A stretch of 64,000 nt of DNA from an uncultured Gammaproteobacteria bacterium (GCA_964351225.1 CAYGNG010000005.1:12976-76975); one strand, 5' to 3'. Positions 20,415 through 32,028 are shown, counted from the stretch's first letter. A program made the numbers and translations. The notes: generated by a model from the letters alone, not told the origin.

Positions 20415-21089
20415 TTATTGATCAATCCGATAGGAAGCGTTCACGATTTCTTGGGTAAAGTGAGTTCGAAGATAAAAGCCGCGAGGCAAGGTCTGGATTA
20501 TTTCCCCTTGCTCATTGATGGCGTAACATAAGGCTTTGCTATTGGCGGCTTTGGGTCGGATCTGTAAAGCTTGCCCATGTTTACCGGTAATAGACTCAAC
20601 CTTACCCTCGGCTATCATACCAGTTAATTCTTGCCAATCCCGTTGTAATACCCGTAATTGTGAGGCACTGGGTCGCCACAACAGTGGATTACCGATGATA
20701 CGCGCTTCAAAGGCTAATTGCGGATCGGATTGGATGGGGATCCAGAGTACTTGAGAAAGTTTACGACAGCAGGTCGAGCACTCCCAAGATTCGTTAGCGA
20801 TTTTCATTAAAGGAATAGAACAAACATAAGTGGTTTCTCGAGGTTTACCGGCACAGGTCACTGGAATGGTTTTTAACTCGATCCCTAAGTGCATAAAATC
20901 CGGCAACGGTTTACTACCGGCCACGGCACCCAGTGCAACTTCCAACAATTGACCTACCCAGCCCTTGGCATTAAGTGCCGTTTTCGGAATAGCCATTGCT
21001 AATTCTTGAGCGAGCTCTTTCAAAGTAAAACCCGCTAACGCTTGGGCGCGAATGAGCAACTCGTGTTCTGAAGCGGGCGTGCTAGCCAT
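20415..21089 (-). CDS. mutH: DNA mismatch repair endonuclease MutH
   Basis: 224 aa; strong colinear similarity to E. coli MutH (GWVGQLLEVALGAVAGSKPLPDFMHLGIELKTIPV vs [35 protein letters not shown]; …LQIRPKAAN…; …LPRGFYL…). Confidence 0.85.
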   Translation of the reverse strand: MASTPASEHELLIRAQALAGFTLKELAQELAMAIPKTALNAKGWVGQLLEVALGAVAGSKPLPDFMHLGIELKTIPVTCAGKPRETTYVCSIPLMKIANESWECSTCCRKLSQVLWIPIQSDPQLAFEARIIGNPLLWRPSASQLRVLQRDWQELTGMIAEGKVESITGKHGQALQIRPKAANSKALCYAINEQGEIIQTLPRGFYLRTHFTQEIVNASYRIDQ

Positions 21090-21101
21090 CTCTCGCGGTG
21101 C

Positions 21102-22364
<1,263 letters not shown>

Positions 22365-22373
22365 TCATTGCCT

Positions 22374-22604
22374 CTATTCTGGTACCAGCGTCTTAAGTGC
22401 TAACGCATGTATTGACCCATCTTTAATGTATTCACCTATGGCATTGTATACTTGCTGCTGCCTTTTTACCAAACTCATCCCAATAAAGGTTTTGGAAATA
22501 ACAACGGCTTCAAAATGGATATTATCTTGGCTGGTTACGGTTGCTTGGCTATCTGGAATTTGCTGTTCAATTAAATTTTTAATCTCATCACACGCTATCA
22601 TCAC
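22374..22604 (-). CDS. ibaG: BolA-family protein IbaG/YrbA
   Basis: 76 aa BolA-like; located between mlaB and murA exactly as E. coli mlaFEDCB-ibaG-murA. Confidence 0.7.
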   Translation of the reverse strand: MMIACDEIKNLIEQQIPDSQATVTSQDNIHFEAVVISKTFIGMSLVKRQQQVYNAIGEYIKDGSIHALALKTLVPE

Positions 22605-22912
22605 TACGTCACTTCCTCTTTCTCAATCGGGATAATAGAGAGCACACCGCAAACTTGCAACATGGCCAATACGCTTTCGGGGGCATTTTTGAAAGTGACT
22701 GTCTTATTCAAGCGATAAGCATACCGCACCCACCCCAAAAACAACGCGACGGCGCTGGTATCGCACGCCGCCACCTGTGCTAAGTCAATACGCCCATGCG
22801 CTATCGAGCCCAAATAACGCTCCCCCAGCGGCAGTAACGCAGGCACAGAGTGGAAATTCAAACGTCCCTTGAGACACACCACCTTGTCTTTTATCACAAA
22901 ATCCGCTGTCAT
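22604..22912 (-). CDS. mlaB: Phospholipid ABC transporter STAS-domain subunit MlaB
   Basis: 102 aa STAS-like; position in mla operon. Confidence 0.7.
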   Translation of the reverse strand: MTADFVIKDKVVCLKGRLNFHSVPALLPLGERYLGSIAHGRIDLAQVAACDTSAVALFLGWVRYAYRLNKTVTFKNAPESVLAMLQVCGVLSIIPIEKEEVT

Positions 22913-22920
22913 CTGTTATG

Positions 22921-23529
22921 CTATTTCCCGTTATGCAAAGACATTTTACCCAAAAGTGACTCGATGCCACCCGCCGCTATTTGACTGGCAAATTGTGAAC
23001 GAAAACTTTGCACCAAGCTTACCCCCTCAACATTGATATCATACACTTTCCAACCACTGCTGCGTGACACTAACCGATAATTAACCGGAATCGATGGACC
23101 ATTCTGGCGAACAATCACACTGCGCACCTCCACAAAACGTTGCCCTTGATGCCCCCCTCGGATGGGGTAAAATTTAACCGTTTCATTCGAGTAGCTCGCA
23201 AACGCGCTGGCATAGGTTTGAATAACGGTATCAGTAAACGCAGCGATAAAACGCCTACGTTGAGTCTCAGTTGCCTTCCCCCACGCCTCTCGCCCTAACA
23301 CCGAACGAGACATCATGATGACATCGACTTTCGCTAATAAATGCTGCCGAACCAAAGAACGAACCAATTTGGGATTTGATTTTAAGGTGGCTTTATTGGC
23401 ATTCAATGCCGCAACCATAGCATTTGACGTTTGCTGTAACATCTCCACCGGAGATGATTCAGCAGCCCAAGTCATGTGACAATTTAGCATTAAGATTACT
23501 AATAGTAATTGTCGCGCTAACTTCAACAT
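22921..23529 (-). CDS. mlaC: Periplasmic phospholipid-binding protein MlaC (Ttg2D family)
   Basis: 202 aa with signal peptide; operon position. Confidence 0.8.
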   Translation of the reverse strand: MLKLARQLLLVILMLNCHMTWAAESSPVEMLQQTSNAMVAALNANKATLKSNPKLVRSLVRQHLLAKVDVIMMSRSVLGREAWGKATETQRRRFIAAFTDTVIQTYASAFASYSNETVKFYPIRGGHQGQRFVEVRSVIVRQNGPSIPVNYRLVSRSSGWKVYDINVEGVSLVQSFRSQFASQIAAGGIESLLGKMSLHNGK

Positions 23530-23549
23530 AGTGCTGATCCCCTTTATGA

Positions 23550-24023
23550 TTATTTAGCCTTATTAGAGACACTAAACATAAACTGCCCGATTAAATTTTC
23601 TAATATTAACGCTGAATTGGTATCAACAATTTGATCCCCGTCTTTGAGGGTGTGCGCTTCCTCAAACCCTGGTGTCAAACTAATATAATTTGAGCCAAGT
23701 AACCCTTGCGTGAAAATACTGGCACTGGTGCCACCGGGTAATTTGACAGTGGGATTAATGATCATCGTCACAGCACCCTGAAAAGTGACATTGTCGAGTT
23801 TGATATCAGAAATTTCACCTACCGAAACACCCGCAATACGAACCGGTGCACGAATTTTTAAGTCGCCAACATTATTAAATCGAGCGGTAATGTGATAGCC
23901 CTTACCCCCAGTTAAGTTGGTCAGGCCGCTGACTTGCAGTGCCAAAAAAACAAAAGCAACGATGCCAAATAACAAGAAAGTCCCTACGCTAAGTTCGAGC
24001 GTTGCGTTACGGATCATCACCAT
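23550..24023 (-). CDS. mlaD: MCE-domain protein MlaD
   Basis: 157 aa, N-terminal TM + MCE domain. Confidence 0.85.
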   Translation of the reverse strand: MVMIRNATLELSVGTFLLFGIVAFVFLALQVSGLTNLTGGKGYHITARFNNVGDLKIRAPVRIAGVSVGEISDIKLDNVTFQGAVTMIINPTVKLPGGTSASIFTQGLLGSNYISLTPGFEEAHTLKDGDQIVDTNSALILENLIGQFMFSVSNKAK

Positions 24024-24802
24024 CCTCCAATCATCATGGCCGTTAATACAAAATCCATTCCTAACACGGCTAAAGAAGAATAGACCACTGTTTTAGTGGT
24101 GGCATTCCCTATTCCTGCAGCAGTTGGCACGGTATTATAACCTTGGAAGGTTGCAATCCACGTGACGATAAAGCCAAAGACCACGCTCTTGACAATACCG
24201 CTCATAATATCCACTCTAAAATCGACAGCCGCTTGCATATTACTCCAAAATGATCCGCCATCAACGCCCAACCATAAAACACCAACCAAATAACCACCAT
24301 AGATAGCAACCATACTAAAAATCAGTGATAGAATTGGTAAAGCAATAACGCCGCCCCAAAAACGAGGAGCAATCACCCGCCACAACGGATCCACCGCCAT
24401 CATTTCCATCGCTTTCAATTGTTCGGTCGTTTTCATTAACCCAATTTCCGCAGTCAATGCCGATCCGGCCCGACCAGCGAACAATAACGCGCTGATCACT
24501 GGGCCTAATTCTCGCACGACACTGAGCGCGACTAGCTGGCCTAACTCTTGCGAGGCACCAAACTTAGAAAGCGTATTATACCCCTGTAATCCCATCACCA
24601 TTCCGACGAATAACGACGACACAAGAATCAGAAGCCCAGTCAAAACCCCAACGTGATAAATTTGCTCAACCACCAAAGGGAAACCCTGCAATGGTTTTGG
24701 CACTCGCAATAAGGTATTTATCAGAAACAACCCAAAACGCCCCAGCGCTGCTATCTGCGTCAAAGTCTTACCACCCAGTTTCGCAATGGAATGTCGTATC
24801 AT
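24017..24802 (-). CDS. mlaE: Phospholipid ABC transporter permease MlaE
   Basis: 261 aa polytopic permease, MlaE family. Confidence 0.9.
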   Translation of the reverse strand: MIRHSIAKLGGKTLTQIAALGRFGLFLINTLLRVPKPLQGFPLVVEQIYHVGVLTGLLILVSSLFVGMVMGLQGYNTLSKFGASQELGQLVALSVVRELGPVISALLFAGRAGSALTAEIGLMKTTEQLKAMEMMAVDPLWRVIAPRFWGGVIALPILSLIFSMVAIYGGYLVGVLWLGVDGGSFWSNMQAAVDFRVDIMSGIVKSVVFGFIVTWIATFQGYNTVPTAAGIGNATTKTVVYSSLAVLGMDFVLTAMMIGGW

Positions 24803-25599
24803 GAAAGCAAATCCTCAGCGTAATCTTTTGTGGGATAATGAAATGGCACCACACCATCTGGCAAACCGTGCATAAACTGTTTAACCCACGGATCTTCACT
24901 CTGTAACAATTGCTCCGGCTCACCTTGTGCGATTATTTTTTTCTCTGCCAATAAATAAATATAATCGGCAATTCTTGCTGTCTCCGGCACATCATGCGAA
25001 ACGATGATGGTCGTCATATTTAAAGCATCGTGAATATGACGAATTAACTGCACAATCACCGCCATTGTGATCGGATCAAGCCCGGTAAATGGCTCATCAT
25101 ACAAAATTAAATTTGGATCGAAAGCAATAGCTCGTGCCAACGCCACTCGCCTGGCCATACCACCTGATAATTCACTCGGCATTAAATCAATAGCACCGCG
25201 TAAACCGACCGTTTCAAGTTTTATTTTTACCACATCACGAATAATGGATTCCGGCAGACGGGTGTGCTCGCGTAGCGCAAAAGCCACATTTTCATAAACT
25301 GAAATATTGGTAAATAATGCATTGTTTTGATACAACATGCCCATATTTTTGCGTAACGCATATAATGCCGCAGACGACAGGTGATTAATATCTTGACCAA
25401 ATACGGTTACCGAGCCAGTATCGGCTACCAGCTGCCCGGTAATGAGATTTAAAAGCGTTGATTTACCCGCACCACTGGGCCCCATGATGACGACCAGCTT
25501 TCCTCTGGGAACTTGCAAATCCACATCCTGAAAAATGAGCGTGCCTCGCCGCTGTAAGGAGACTTGTTGCAAAACGACAACATCATCGCATTTGTTCAT
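24799..25599 (-). CDS. mlaF: Phospholipid ABC transporter ATP-binding protein MlaF
   Basis: 266 aa; Walker [10 protein letters not shown], signature LSGGMARR, Walker B ILYDEP. Confidence 0.9.
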   Translation of the reverse strand: MNKCDDVVVLQQVSLQRRGTLIFQDVDLQVPRGKLVVIMGPSGAGKSTLLNLITGQLVADTGSVTVFGQDINHLSSAALYALRKNMGMLYQNNALFTNISVYENVAFALREHTRLPESIIRDVVKIKLETVGLRGAIDLMPSELSGGMARRVALARAIAFDPNLILYDEPFTGLDPITMAVIVQLIRHIHDALNMTTIIVSHDVPETARIADYIYLLAEKKIIAQGEPEQLLQSEDPWVKQFMHGLPDGVVPFHYPTKDYAEDLLS

Positions 25600-25777
25600 A
25601 TTTTTATTACTTAGCTGTCTGTGTTTCTCTTAGTAAAGTTACCATAAATTTCAATTTTGATTTATCTTTTCATTAGTATGAAAATTTATTTATCATTTAG
25701 CACGACTGGTAGAGAATGCGGCATTCTCACAGAAACTCTGGTAACATGCTCCCAATTTCCTAGGCCAAGGATAAAAA

Positions 25778-26776
25778 ATGGTTACAATTGACGCACAAAA
25801 AAACCCCGTTACCACCAGTTTTTGTGAAATGGGCCGCGCCGTCTTTGAAACCGAAGCCCAAGCAGTGCTCGATTTATTACCGCGTATTGATCATAAATTC
25901 TCTGCAGCTTGCGAATATCTGTTGCGGTGCGATGGCCGAATTATTGTAATGGGCATGGGAAAATCAGGCCACATTGGCAAAAAAGTTGCCGCAACATTCG
26001 CCAGCACCGGCAGCCCGGCTTTTTACGTTCATCCTGCGGAAGCCAGCCACGGCGATCTCGGTATGATCACGCGTAAAGATGTGGTACTCGCTATTTCAAA
26101 CTCAGGCCAAACGAATGAGTTACTTATCATTGTACCGCTCATCAAGCGCTTTGGCATTCCACTTATCACCATGACGGGCGATCCCCGCTCGGTGTTGGCA
26201 AAAAATGCCACCGTCAACTTGGATATTAGCGTGCAACAAGAAGCTTGCCCGCTGGGGCTGGCCCCGACTTCAAGCACAACGGTTGCACTGGTCATGGGCG
26301 ATGCTCTGGCCATTGCGCTTTTAAGAACACGAGGCTTCACCAAAGAAGATTTTGCACTCACTCATCCATCCGGTGCACTCGGAAGAAAATTATTATTACG
26401 AATCGATGACCTCATGCATAAAGACGCTAACATACCCATCGTCATCAAATCCGCCACGATTGCAGAAACCCTAATCGAAATGACGAAAAAACGCTTAGGT
26501 ATGACGGTCGTTATCAACGACGACCATCATATTGCGGGAATTTATACCGATGGTGACTTACGCCGAACGCTAGACCGTGGTCTAGATATCCACAAAACCC
26601 CGGTGGGTGACGTCATGACACAAAACTGCAAAACCATTAAACAAGGCACTTTAGCGGCCGAAGCGCTACACGTTATGGAGCAGTGTAAAATCACTTCCTT
26701 GGTCGTAACCGATGATAACAAACAGTTACACGGTGTTATTCATATTCACAGTCTGATCAGTGCAGGAGTAATCTAA
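25778..26776 (+). CDS. kdsD: Arabinose-5-phosphate isomerase KdsD (SIS + tandem CBS domains)
   Basis: 332 aa; SIS motif GMGKSGHIG and C-terminal CBS pair; followed by kdsC. Confidence 0.9.
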   Translation: MVTIDAQKNPVTTSFCEMGRAVFETEAQAVLDLLPRIDHKFSAACEYLLRCDGRIIVMGMGKSGHIGKKVAATFASTGSPAFYVHPAEASHGDLGMITRKDVVLAISNSGQTNELLIIVPLIKRFGIPLITMTGDPRSVLAKNATVNLDISVQQEACPLGLAPTSSTTVALVMGDALAIALLRTRGFTKEDFALTHPSGALGRKLLLRIDDLMHKDANIPIVIKSATIAETLIEMTKKRLGMTVVINDDHHIAGIYTDGDLRRTLDRGLDIHKTPVGDVMTQNCKTIKQGTLAAEALHVMEQCKITSLVVTDDNKQLHGVIHIHSLISAGVI

Positions 26777-26781
26777 AATCC

Positions 26782-27321
26782 ATGGCACAATACCTCGATT
26801 TTTCGCCCGATTTATTAGTTAAAGCCCAAAAAGTCAAACTATTGGTTTGTGACGTCGATGGGGTACTCACCAATGGCTTATTTTATTACGACCAAGCCGA
26901 AGAAAATAAATGTTTCCACGTCCACGACGGCTTAGGCATTCAATTAATCCAGCGAAGTGGTATCCCCGTCGCCATTGTTTCAGCAAAGACATCGCCCGCT
27001 GTTACACGGCGGATGGCTGAGCTTGACGTTGAATGGGTTTATCAAGGATGCTCACCGAAATTGCCTACCGTGGAGAAACTCATTGCCAATCTCAATCTCA
27101 CCTTTGAGCAAATTGCTTATATAGGTGATGATCTGGCCGATCTTGCTTTAATCCGCCGCGCTGGCCTTGGCGTTACCGTAGCGAATGCTCGCCCCTACCT
27201 CAAATCCCATGCCGATTGGATAAGTCCTTTAGCTGGCGGTAGTGGTGCAGTGCGAGAGCTCACCGATCTCATCATGACCGCACAAAACACCCTAGATAAA
27301 GCGATTGAGGCATTTTTATGA
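26782..27321 (+). CDS. kdsC: 3-deoxy-D-manno-octulosonate 8-phosphate phosphatase KdsC (HAD family)
   Basis: 179 aa; HAD motif LLVCDVDGVLT; operon position. Confidence 0.85.
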   Translation: MAQYLDFSPDLLVKAQKVKLLVCDVDGVLTNGLFYYDQAEENKCFHVHDGLGIQLIQRSGIPVAIVSAKTSPAVTRRMAELDVEWVYQGCSPKLPTVEKLIANLNLTFEQIAYIGDDLADLALIRRAGLGVTVANARPYLKSHADWISPLAGGSGAVRELTDLIMTAQNTLDKAIEAFL

Positions 27322-28241
27322 TGGTTACCATCAAACAATTTCTTGGTTATGGCTTGCTGATTACGATATTAATAGCAAGCTCCGTTATTTTGCTCTATTT
27401 AAGGCACACGGAGTCACTCGATGTACAGCCCGCTCCAGCTAACATACCCGATAGCTACGCTAAGCAAGTTACCCTTTCTCGATACGCACCCAATGGCAAA
27501 TTACACAGTGCATTAACCTCTCATTACATCCTTCATTATGATAAAGCACGAGTCACCAATCTATACCACCCCATTGTCTATTTTAAAAATCCTGATCACG
27601 AAGACTGGATCATTCGCTCAAACTACGCCCAATACAATGATAGCAATGACATCATTGAATTTTGGGAGGCGGCAAACATTCAACAACAAGCCAGCGCCGT
27701 TCAGCCGCCAACTGAAATCAACACCGCCTATCTGCGATATAACCCACTAACGAGTATAGCGAATACAGCAACAAAAGTTACTATCATCCAACCGAAAAAC
27801 ACCCCATCAGAATCATTGACGATCACGGCTGATTCGGCTATTTTTAAACATAATGAGGGGATCAGCACTTTCACCGATCAGGTTAAAATACAACAGGGCA
27901 GCACCGTCATTACGGGGAAAAAAATGATTGCCTATACCAACCACGCCAACAAATTAACTAAACTTATCATTGATGGTAATCCCGCCCGCTATCAAACAAC
28001 CCCTAACGTTTCGCAATCAAATGTATATGCCTCTGCACAGCAGATTTATTATTTCCCCAGTAAAAAAGAAGTGGATTTGATAGGCAATGCAACCGCCACA
28101 CAAAATCAAAAAATCATCACCGGGCCACACTTAAAATATTTTACCGAGCAAAAACTGGTAATTTCACCACCCAATGACATCGGGCAAACCACCATTATCT
28201 ACCCACCGGATCCCAGCGCACAAGGATCGCAACATGGGTGA
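27318..28241 (+). CDS. lptC: LptC-like N-terminal region (TM + OstA-fold) fused to an LptA-like C-terminal domain (apparent LptC-LptA fusion; no separate lptA)
   Basis: 307 aa; N-term TM helix, residues ~40-120 resemble LptC, residues ~165-307 show the LptA pattern (…[35 protein letters not shown]…IIDGNPARY…[21 protein letters not shown]); stop overlaps lptB start (ATGGGTGA). Confidence 0.6.
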   Translation: MMVTIKQFLGYGLLITILIASSVILLYLRHTESLDVQPAPANIPDSYAKQVTLSRYAPNGKLHSALTSHYILHYDKARVTNLYHPIVYFKNPDHEDWIIRSNYAQYNDSNDIIEFWEAANIQQQASAVQPPTEINTAYLRYNPLTSIANTATKVTIIQPKNTPSESLTITADSAIFKHNEGISTFTDQVKIQQGSTVITGKKMIAYTNHANKLTKLIIDGNPARYQTTPNVSQSNVYASAQQIYYFPSKKEVDLIGNATATQNQKIITGPHLKYFTEQKLVISPPNDIGQTTIIYPPDPSAQGSQHG

Positions 28242-28959
28242 GTTACGCGCAGAGCAATTAGCAAAAGCCTATAAAAAGCAAGCGATCGTCAAAAACGTTT
28301 CACTGTCAGTTAAAAGTGGCGAAATTGTAGGGCTACTGGGGCCCAACGGCGCAGGGAAAACCACCAGCTTTTATATGATTGTTGGCCTTATCCCCTGCGA
28401 CTCAGGAAAGGTTTCAATCGACAATCAAGATATCACGCACAGCCCCATGCATATGAGAGCACGTGCCGGCTGCGGCTATTTACCACAAGAAGCATCGATT
28501 TTTCGGAAAATGACTGTCGCCAATAATATTTTATCCATTTTAGAATTGCGCAAAAACCTCAACCGCAAACAACGGAAAGAAAAACTCGAAGAATTACTAT
28601 CCGCCTTTGGTCTTGAAAACCTCCGAGACAATGAAGGCATTCGCTTATCCGGTGGTGAACGACGTCGAGTAGAGATTGCCCGAGCACTGGCCACCGAGCC
28701 AAAATTTATTTTATTAGATGAGCCTTTCGCAGGCATTGATCCGATTTCGGTTCATGAAATTAAACAAATCATTCACCAACTGCAACAAAAAAACATAGGG
28801 ATCCTGATTACTGATCATAATGTTCGGGAGACTTTGGCTATCTGTGTTCGTGCTTATATCGTTAATCGAGGTGAAATCCTCTGCTCTGGTGATCCTCAAA
28901 CCATCCTGAATAACACCGAGGTTAGATCCGTTTATCTTGGTGAAGAGTTTGCGATGTAA
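28234..28959 (+). CDS. lptB: LPS export ABC transporter ATP-binding protein LptB (start at [15 protein letters not shown])
   Basis: Walker [10 protein letters not shown], signature LSGGERRR, Walker B ILLDEP; conserved lptB N-terminus. Confidence 0.9.
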   Translation: MGELRAEQLAKAYKKQAIVKNVSLSVKSGEIVGLLGPNGAGKTTSFYMIVGLIPCDSGKVSIDNQDITHSPMHMRARAGCGYLPQEASIFRKMTVANNILSILELRKNLNRKQRKEKLEELLSAFGLENLRDNEGIRLSGGERRRVEIARALATEPKFILLDEPFAGIDPISVHEIKQIIHQLQQKNIGILITDHNVRETLAICVRAYIVNRGEILCSGDPQTILNNTEVRSVYLGEEFAM

Positions 28960-28978
28960 CCTGAATTCCGGTAGTAAA

Positions 28979-29875
28979 TCAAGATAAAAGTGCGCCATAT
29001 CCCTCAATATAAGTCGGATATTTTAATTCAAACCCGCTTTGCTTGAGCTTATGATTACTGCAACGTTTACCACGGATCTCTGGAATTTCTCGCGTTTGCA
29101 TTGCAGCGGTATCACCAAAACATTGCCGATTTAGCCAAGTGTATACCTCATTCATATCGACTGGCGCATCATCTGTAACGAGAAACTTACCACTTAACCC
29201 TTGATTGTTGATAACATGCCAAACAAAAGCGGCGCAATCTTTTTCATGGATCCGATTGCGGTAATGCGGCTTCGAGGTAAGAAACACTTCTTGCTCTCGA
29301 ACGCTTTGCAATAAACTACTGCGAAGATCACCGTAAATTCCGGAGCATCGTAATATCGCATATGGATTTTCGGAGCAAGACAAGGCTTGCTCGGCCGCCA
29401 GTAACGTTTTGGCGATGACCGTCGTAGCGCTTGGCGGTGTCACTTCATTGACCCACTCGCCATTATCTTGACCATACACACCCGTGCTTGAGATATAAAT
29501 TATTTTTTTCACCGCCACGGTATTTAATAGCGAAACAATCCGCTTTATACCTAAGACATAGGTATGGTGATAATTTTTCTCATCGCGAACGGCAGGTGCT
29601 GGGCAATACACTAAATAGTCTACCGCAGCTGGAAGCTGGTTTTGAGTGACAGTGGTCACATCAGCAATAATTTCCGTGACCCCCTCTGGCATTTGCCCAG
29701 CGGTTCGCCGGAGCCCATACACGTCAAACTGATCCGTGGGTTGTAACCCAACGATTGCCCGAGCAAGCCGACCAAACCCAGCGATAACTAATGTTGGTTT
29801 CAAGTTTAAATCCTTTGATTTTAAATGCTTTTTAAAGTAATTGGCGATAAACCCTAAGTTTAGCAACCACCCCAC
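28979..29875 (-). CDS. NAD(P)-binding SDR-family epimerase/dehydratase-like protein inserted between lptB and rpoN
   Basis: 298 aa; Rossmann motif LVIAGFGRLARAIVG near N-terminus; opposite strand to flanking conserved genes. Confidence 0.65.
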   Translation of the reverse strand: MGWLLNLGFIANYFKKHLKSKDLNLKPTLVIAGFGRLARAIVGLQPTDQFDVYGLRRTAGQMPEGVTEIIADVTTVTQNQLPAAVDYLVYCPAPAVRDEKNYHHTYVLGIKRIVSLLNTVAVKKIIYISSTGVYGQDNGEWVNEVTPPSATTVIAKTLLAAEQALSCSENPYAILRCSGIYGDLRSSLLQSVREQEVFLTSKPHYRNRIHEKDCAAFVWHVINNQGLSGKFLVTDDAPVDMNEVYTWLNRQCFGDTAAMQTREIPEIRGKRCSNHKLKQSGFELKYPTYIEGYGALLS

Positions 29876-30110
29876 AAGCTTTCAAGCGCTATTCACAACG
29901 CTATATATAGCGGCAACCGCTGGACTTCAGCCTAGAAGGCGGTTGGCACAATAATTGAGACCAGCCACCCCAGCCTGTCAAGTAAATTAACTTTAATTTT
30001 ATTACGCTTCTAACTACCAAAAAGCAAATGTTGGATTAGACTTAATGATGATAATTTGTAAAAAATTCAAATGTAACTGTGCGTTAAACCCCAAGCAGAT
30101 GAGGTGACTA

Positions 30111-31544
30111 GTGAAGCAAGGATTACATTTACATATCGGGCAACACTTATCTTTAACGCCACAATTGCAGCACGCCATTCGTTTGTTACAATTGTCCACA
30201 CCTGAGCTTACCCAAGAAATACAAGAAGCTCTGGAAAAAAACCCCTTATTAGAGCTCGCTTTCGACCAGGATCCCCAAGAAAATCATCACACAGCAAATA
30301 CCGACAACAAACCCGAAAATGACACACGCTCACCCAGCAACGAACAGACTTTCGAGCAATCCTGGGACTCATCCTATTCACAAAGTGGCAATAAAAATCT
30401 TGACCCAAAAGAATTCGCCTTCTTTGAGACAAACCAAACAGCAACTAAGACATTGCAAGGACACTTACAAGAACAAATGCAAATGGCTTCATTCTCCGAA
30501 ACCGACCACGCCATTGCCACAGCCTTGATAGATGCCATCAACGAACATGGTTTTTTATCTTGCCCATTAGAAGAGATACATCAAAGTCTCACTGAGCTTC
30601 ACGACGACGAGGCCATAGACTTAGATGAAATTGAAGCGGTGTTACACCGTATTCAATCTTTCGATCCCATTGGTGTGGCTGCCAGAGATATTCAAGAGTG
30701 CTTACTGTTGCAATTAAAGCAATTGCCAGATAGCACCCCATGGAAAAAAGAAGCGCTCAGCTTGATAAACAAAAATTTTAACTTGTTAACTGAACGCAAT
30801 GCTCGCAAGCTGTGTAAGCGCTTAAAAATAACCGAAACACAATTACACGAAATCATGACATTGATACAGTCGCTTGCACCAAGACCGGGCTCTGTTGTCG
30901 CAGCACTGGAACCGCAATACATCACTCCGGACATTATCGTCACCAAGGCAAAAGATGGCTCATGGACCGTTGCTTTACATACAGAAGCCTTGCCAAAACT
31001 TCGGCTCAATTTGAGCTATTCCACTGTTATTCGCAACTCCAGAAATGAAACAGATGTCAGCTATTATAAAAACCAATTACAAGAAGCAAAATGGCTCTTG
31101 AAAAGCATCCATTCTCGCAATGAAACTTTATTGAAAGTTGCTAACTGTATTTTTCAATATCAAAAAGAGTTTCTGGAACACGGCGAACAAGCCATGAAAC
31201 CACTCATTTTAAGCGCTGTTGCAGAAGCCATTGGCATGCACGAATCAACCATTTCTCGCGTGACCACTCAGAAATATGCCGAAACACCGAAAGGCCTCTT
31301 CGAATTAAAATATTTCTTCTCCAGCCATGTTGGAACCGAAGACGGTGGTGAATGTTCAGCCACCGCTATCCGGGCAAAGATTAAAACCCTTGTTGATGGT
31401 GAAAATTCTTGCAAACCCTTGAGTGACAGTAAGATAGCCCATATGTTACAAACGGAAGGAATTAAAGTCGCTCGCAGAACAGTTGCAAAATATCGCGAAG
31501 CCATGCATATTCCACCATCGAATGAACGCAAATCTCTCGTATAA
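30111..31544 (+). CDS. rpoN: RNA polymerase sigma-54 factor RpoN (GTG start)
   Basis: 477 aa; MKQGLHLHIGQHLSLTPQLQHAIRLLQLS nearly identical to E. coli RpoN N-terminus; C-terminal RpoN box ARRTVAKYRE. Confidence 0.92.
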   Translation: MKQGLHLHIGQHLSLTPQLQHAIRLLQLSTPELTQEIQEALEKNPLLELAFDQDPQENHHTANTDNKPENDTRSPSNEQTFEQSWDSSYSQSGNKNLDPKEFAFFETNQTATKTLQGHLQEQMQMASFSETDHAIATALIDAINEHGFLSCPLEEIHQSLTELHDDEAIDLDEIEAVLHRIQSFDPIGVAARDIQECLLLQLKQLPDSTPWKKEALSLINKNFNLLTERNARKLCKRLKITETQLHEIMTLIQSLAPRPGSVVAALEPQYITPDIIVTKAKDGSWTVALHTEALPKLRLNLSYSTVIRNSRNETDVSYYKNQLQEAKWLLKSIHSRNETLLKVANCIFQYQKEFLEHGEQAMKPLILSAVAEAIGMHESTISRVTTQKYAETPKGLFELKYFFSSHVGTEDGGECSATAIRAKIKTLVDGENSCKPLSDSKIAHMLQTEGIKVARRTVAKYREAMHIPPSNERKSLV

Positions 31545-31718
31545 GTTAGGACTGACGATTAACGATGCTGGGTGAGGCAAAAACGACCGCACCAGGATGT
31601 GCGCGCTCTGGGGTATCACGAAGCCTCAATGTCACGACAGGATGTCAGGCAATTAAACCCGTGCGGTTGCATACATGAGCGATTTAAGTGCGTTTTGCCT
31701 CGGTCCTATAAGTCTTAG

Positions 31719-31738
31719 GTGCTGTTGACAATTAGGAG
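31719..31738. repeat. Half-copy remnant of the MITE/REP-like element (TTAGGTGCTGTTGACAATT) just upstream of hpf RBS
   Basis: Matches left arm + core start of family consensus, then diverges into aggag RBS + ATG of hpf. Confidence 0.5.
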
Positions 31739-31746
31739 TTAATATT

Positions 31747-32028
31747 ATGAACGTATCTCATACCGGATTAGGTATCGATGTCACTGATGCTATTAAAAAT
31801 TTCGCAGATGAAAAGCTTACTAAGCTCGAGCGTCATTCTGATCATATTACCCAAGTTAAAATTACTTACGACATTCAACATCTTGATCAAGTTGCTGAAG
31901 CAACCATCCATGTCAAAGGGGAGGTTCTTCACGCCCGCGCCTCCGCTAAAGACTTATATACGGCCATTGCAGAGGTTGTTTCCAAACTGGATAGGCAATT
32001 GATTAAGCATAAAACTAAAAACACATAG
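31747..32028 (+). CDS. hpf: Ribosome hibernation promoting factor / sigma-54 modulation protein (short HPF/YfiA family)
   Basis: 93 aa; position immediately downstream of rpoN, typical HPF fold residues. Confidence 0.8.
   Translation: MNVSHTGLGIDVTDAIKNFADEKLTKLERHSDHITQVKITYDIQHLDQVAEATIHVKGEVLHARASAKDLYTAIAEVVSKLDRQLIKHKTKNT

Noticed and set aside
22785-22970. 61-aa ORF overlapping the mlaB-mlaC junction
   Set aside because: It overlaps two conserved mla genes and has no independent support.
29910-29947. ~9-bp-stem hairpin (GCAACCGC…GCGGTTGGC) as a terminator
   Set aside because: It lies upstream of both divergent genes, the SDR gene and rpoN, so it is not positioned to terminate either. 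It is mentioned only in the finding on the SDR insertion.
31545-31746. Possible tRNA or small structured RNA in the 200-bp rpoN-hpf spacer
   Set aside because: No tRNA hallmarks such as a GTTCGAATCC-type T-loop, cloverleaf spacing or CCA. Only a decayed half-copy of the repeat element is recognisable. It is retained only as a low-confidence promoter or sRNA idea.
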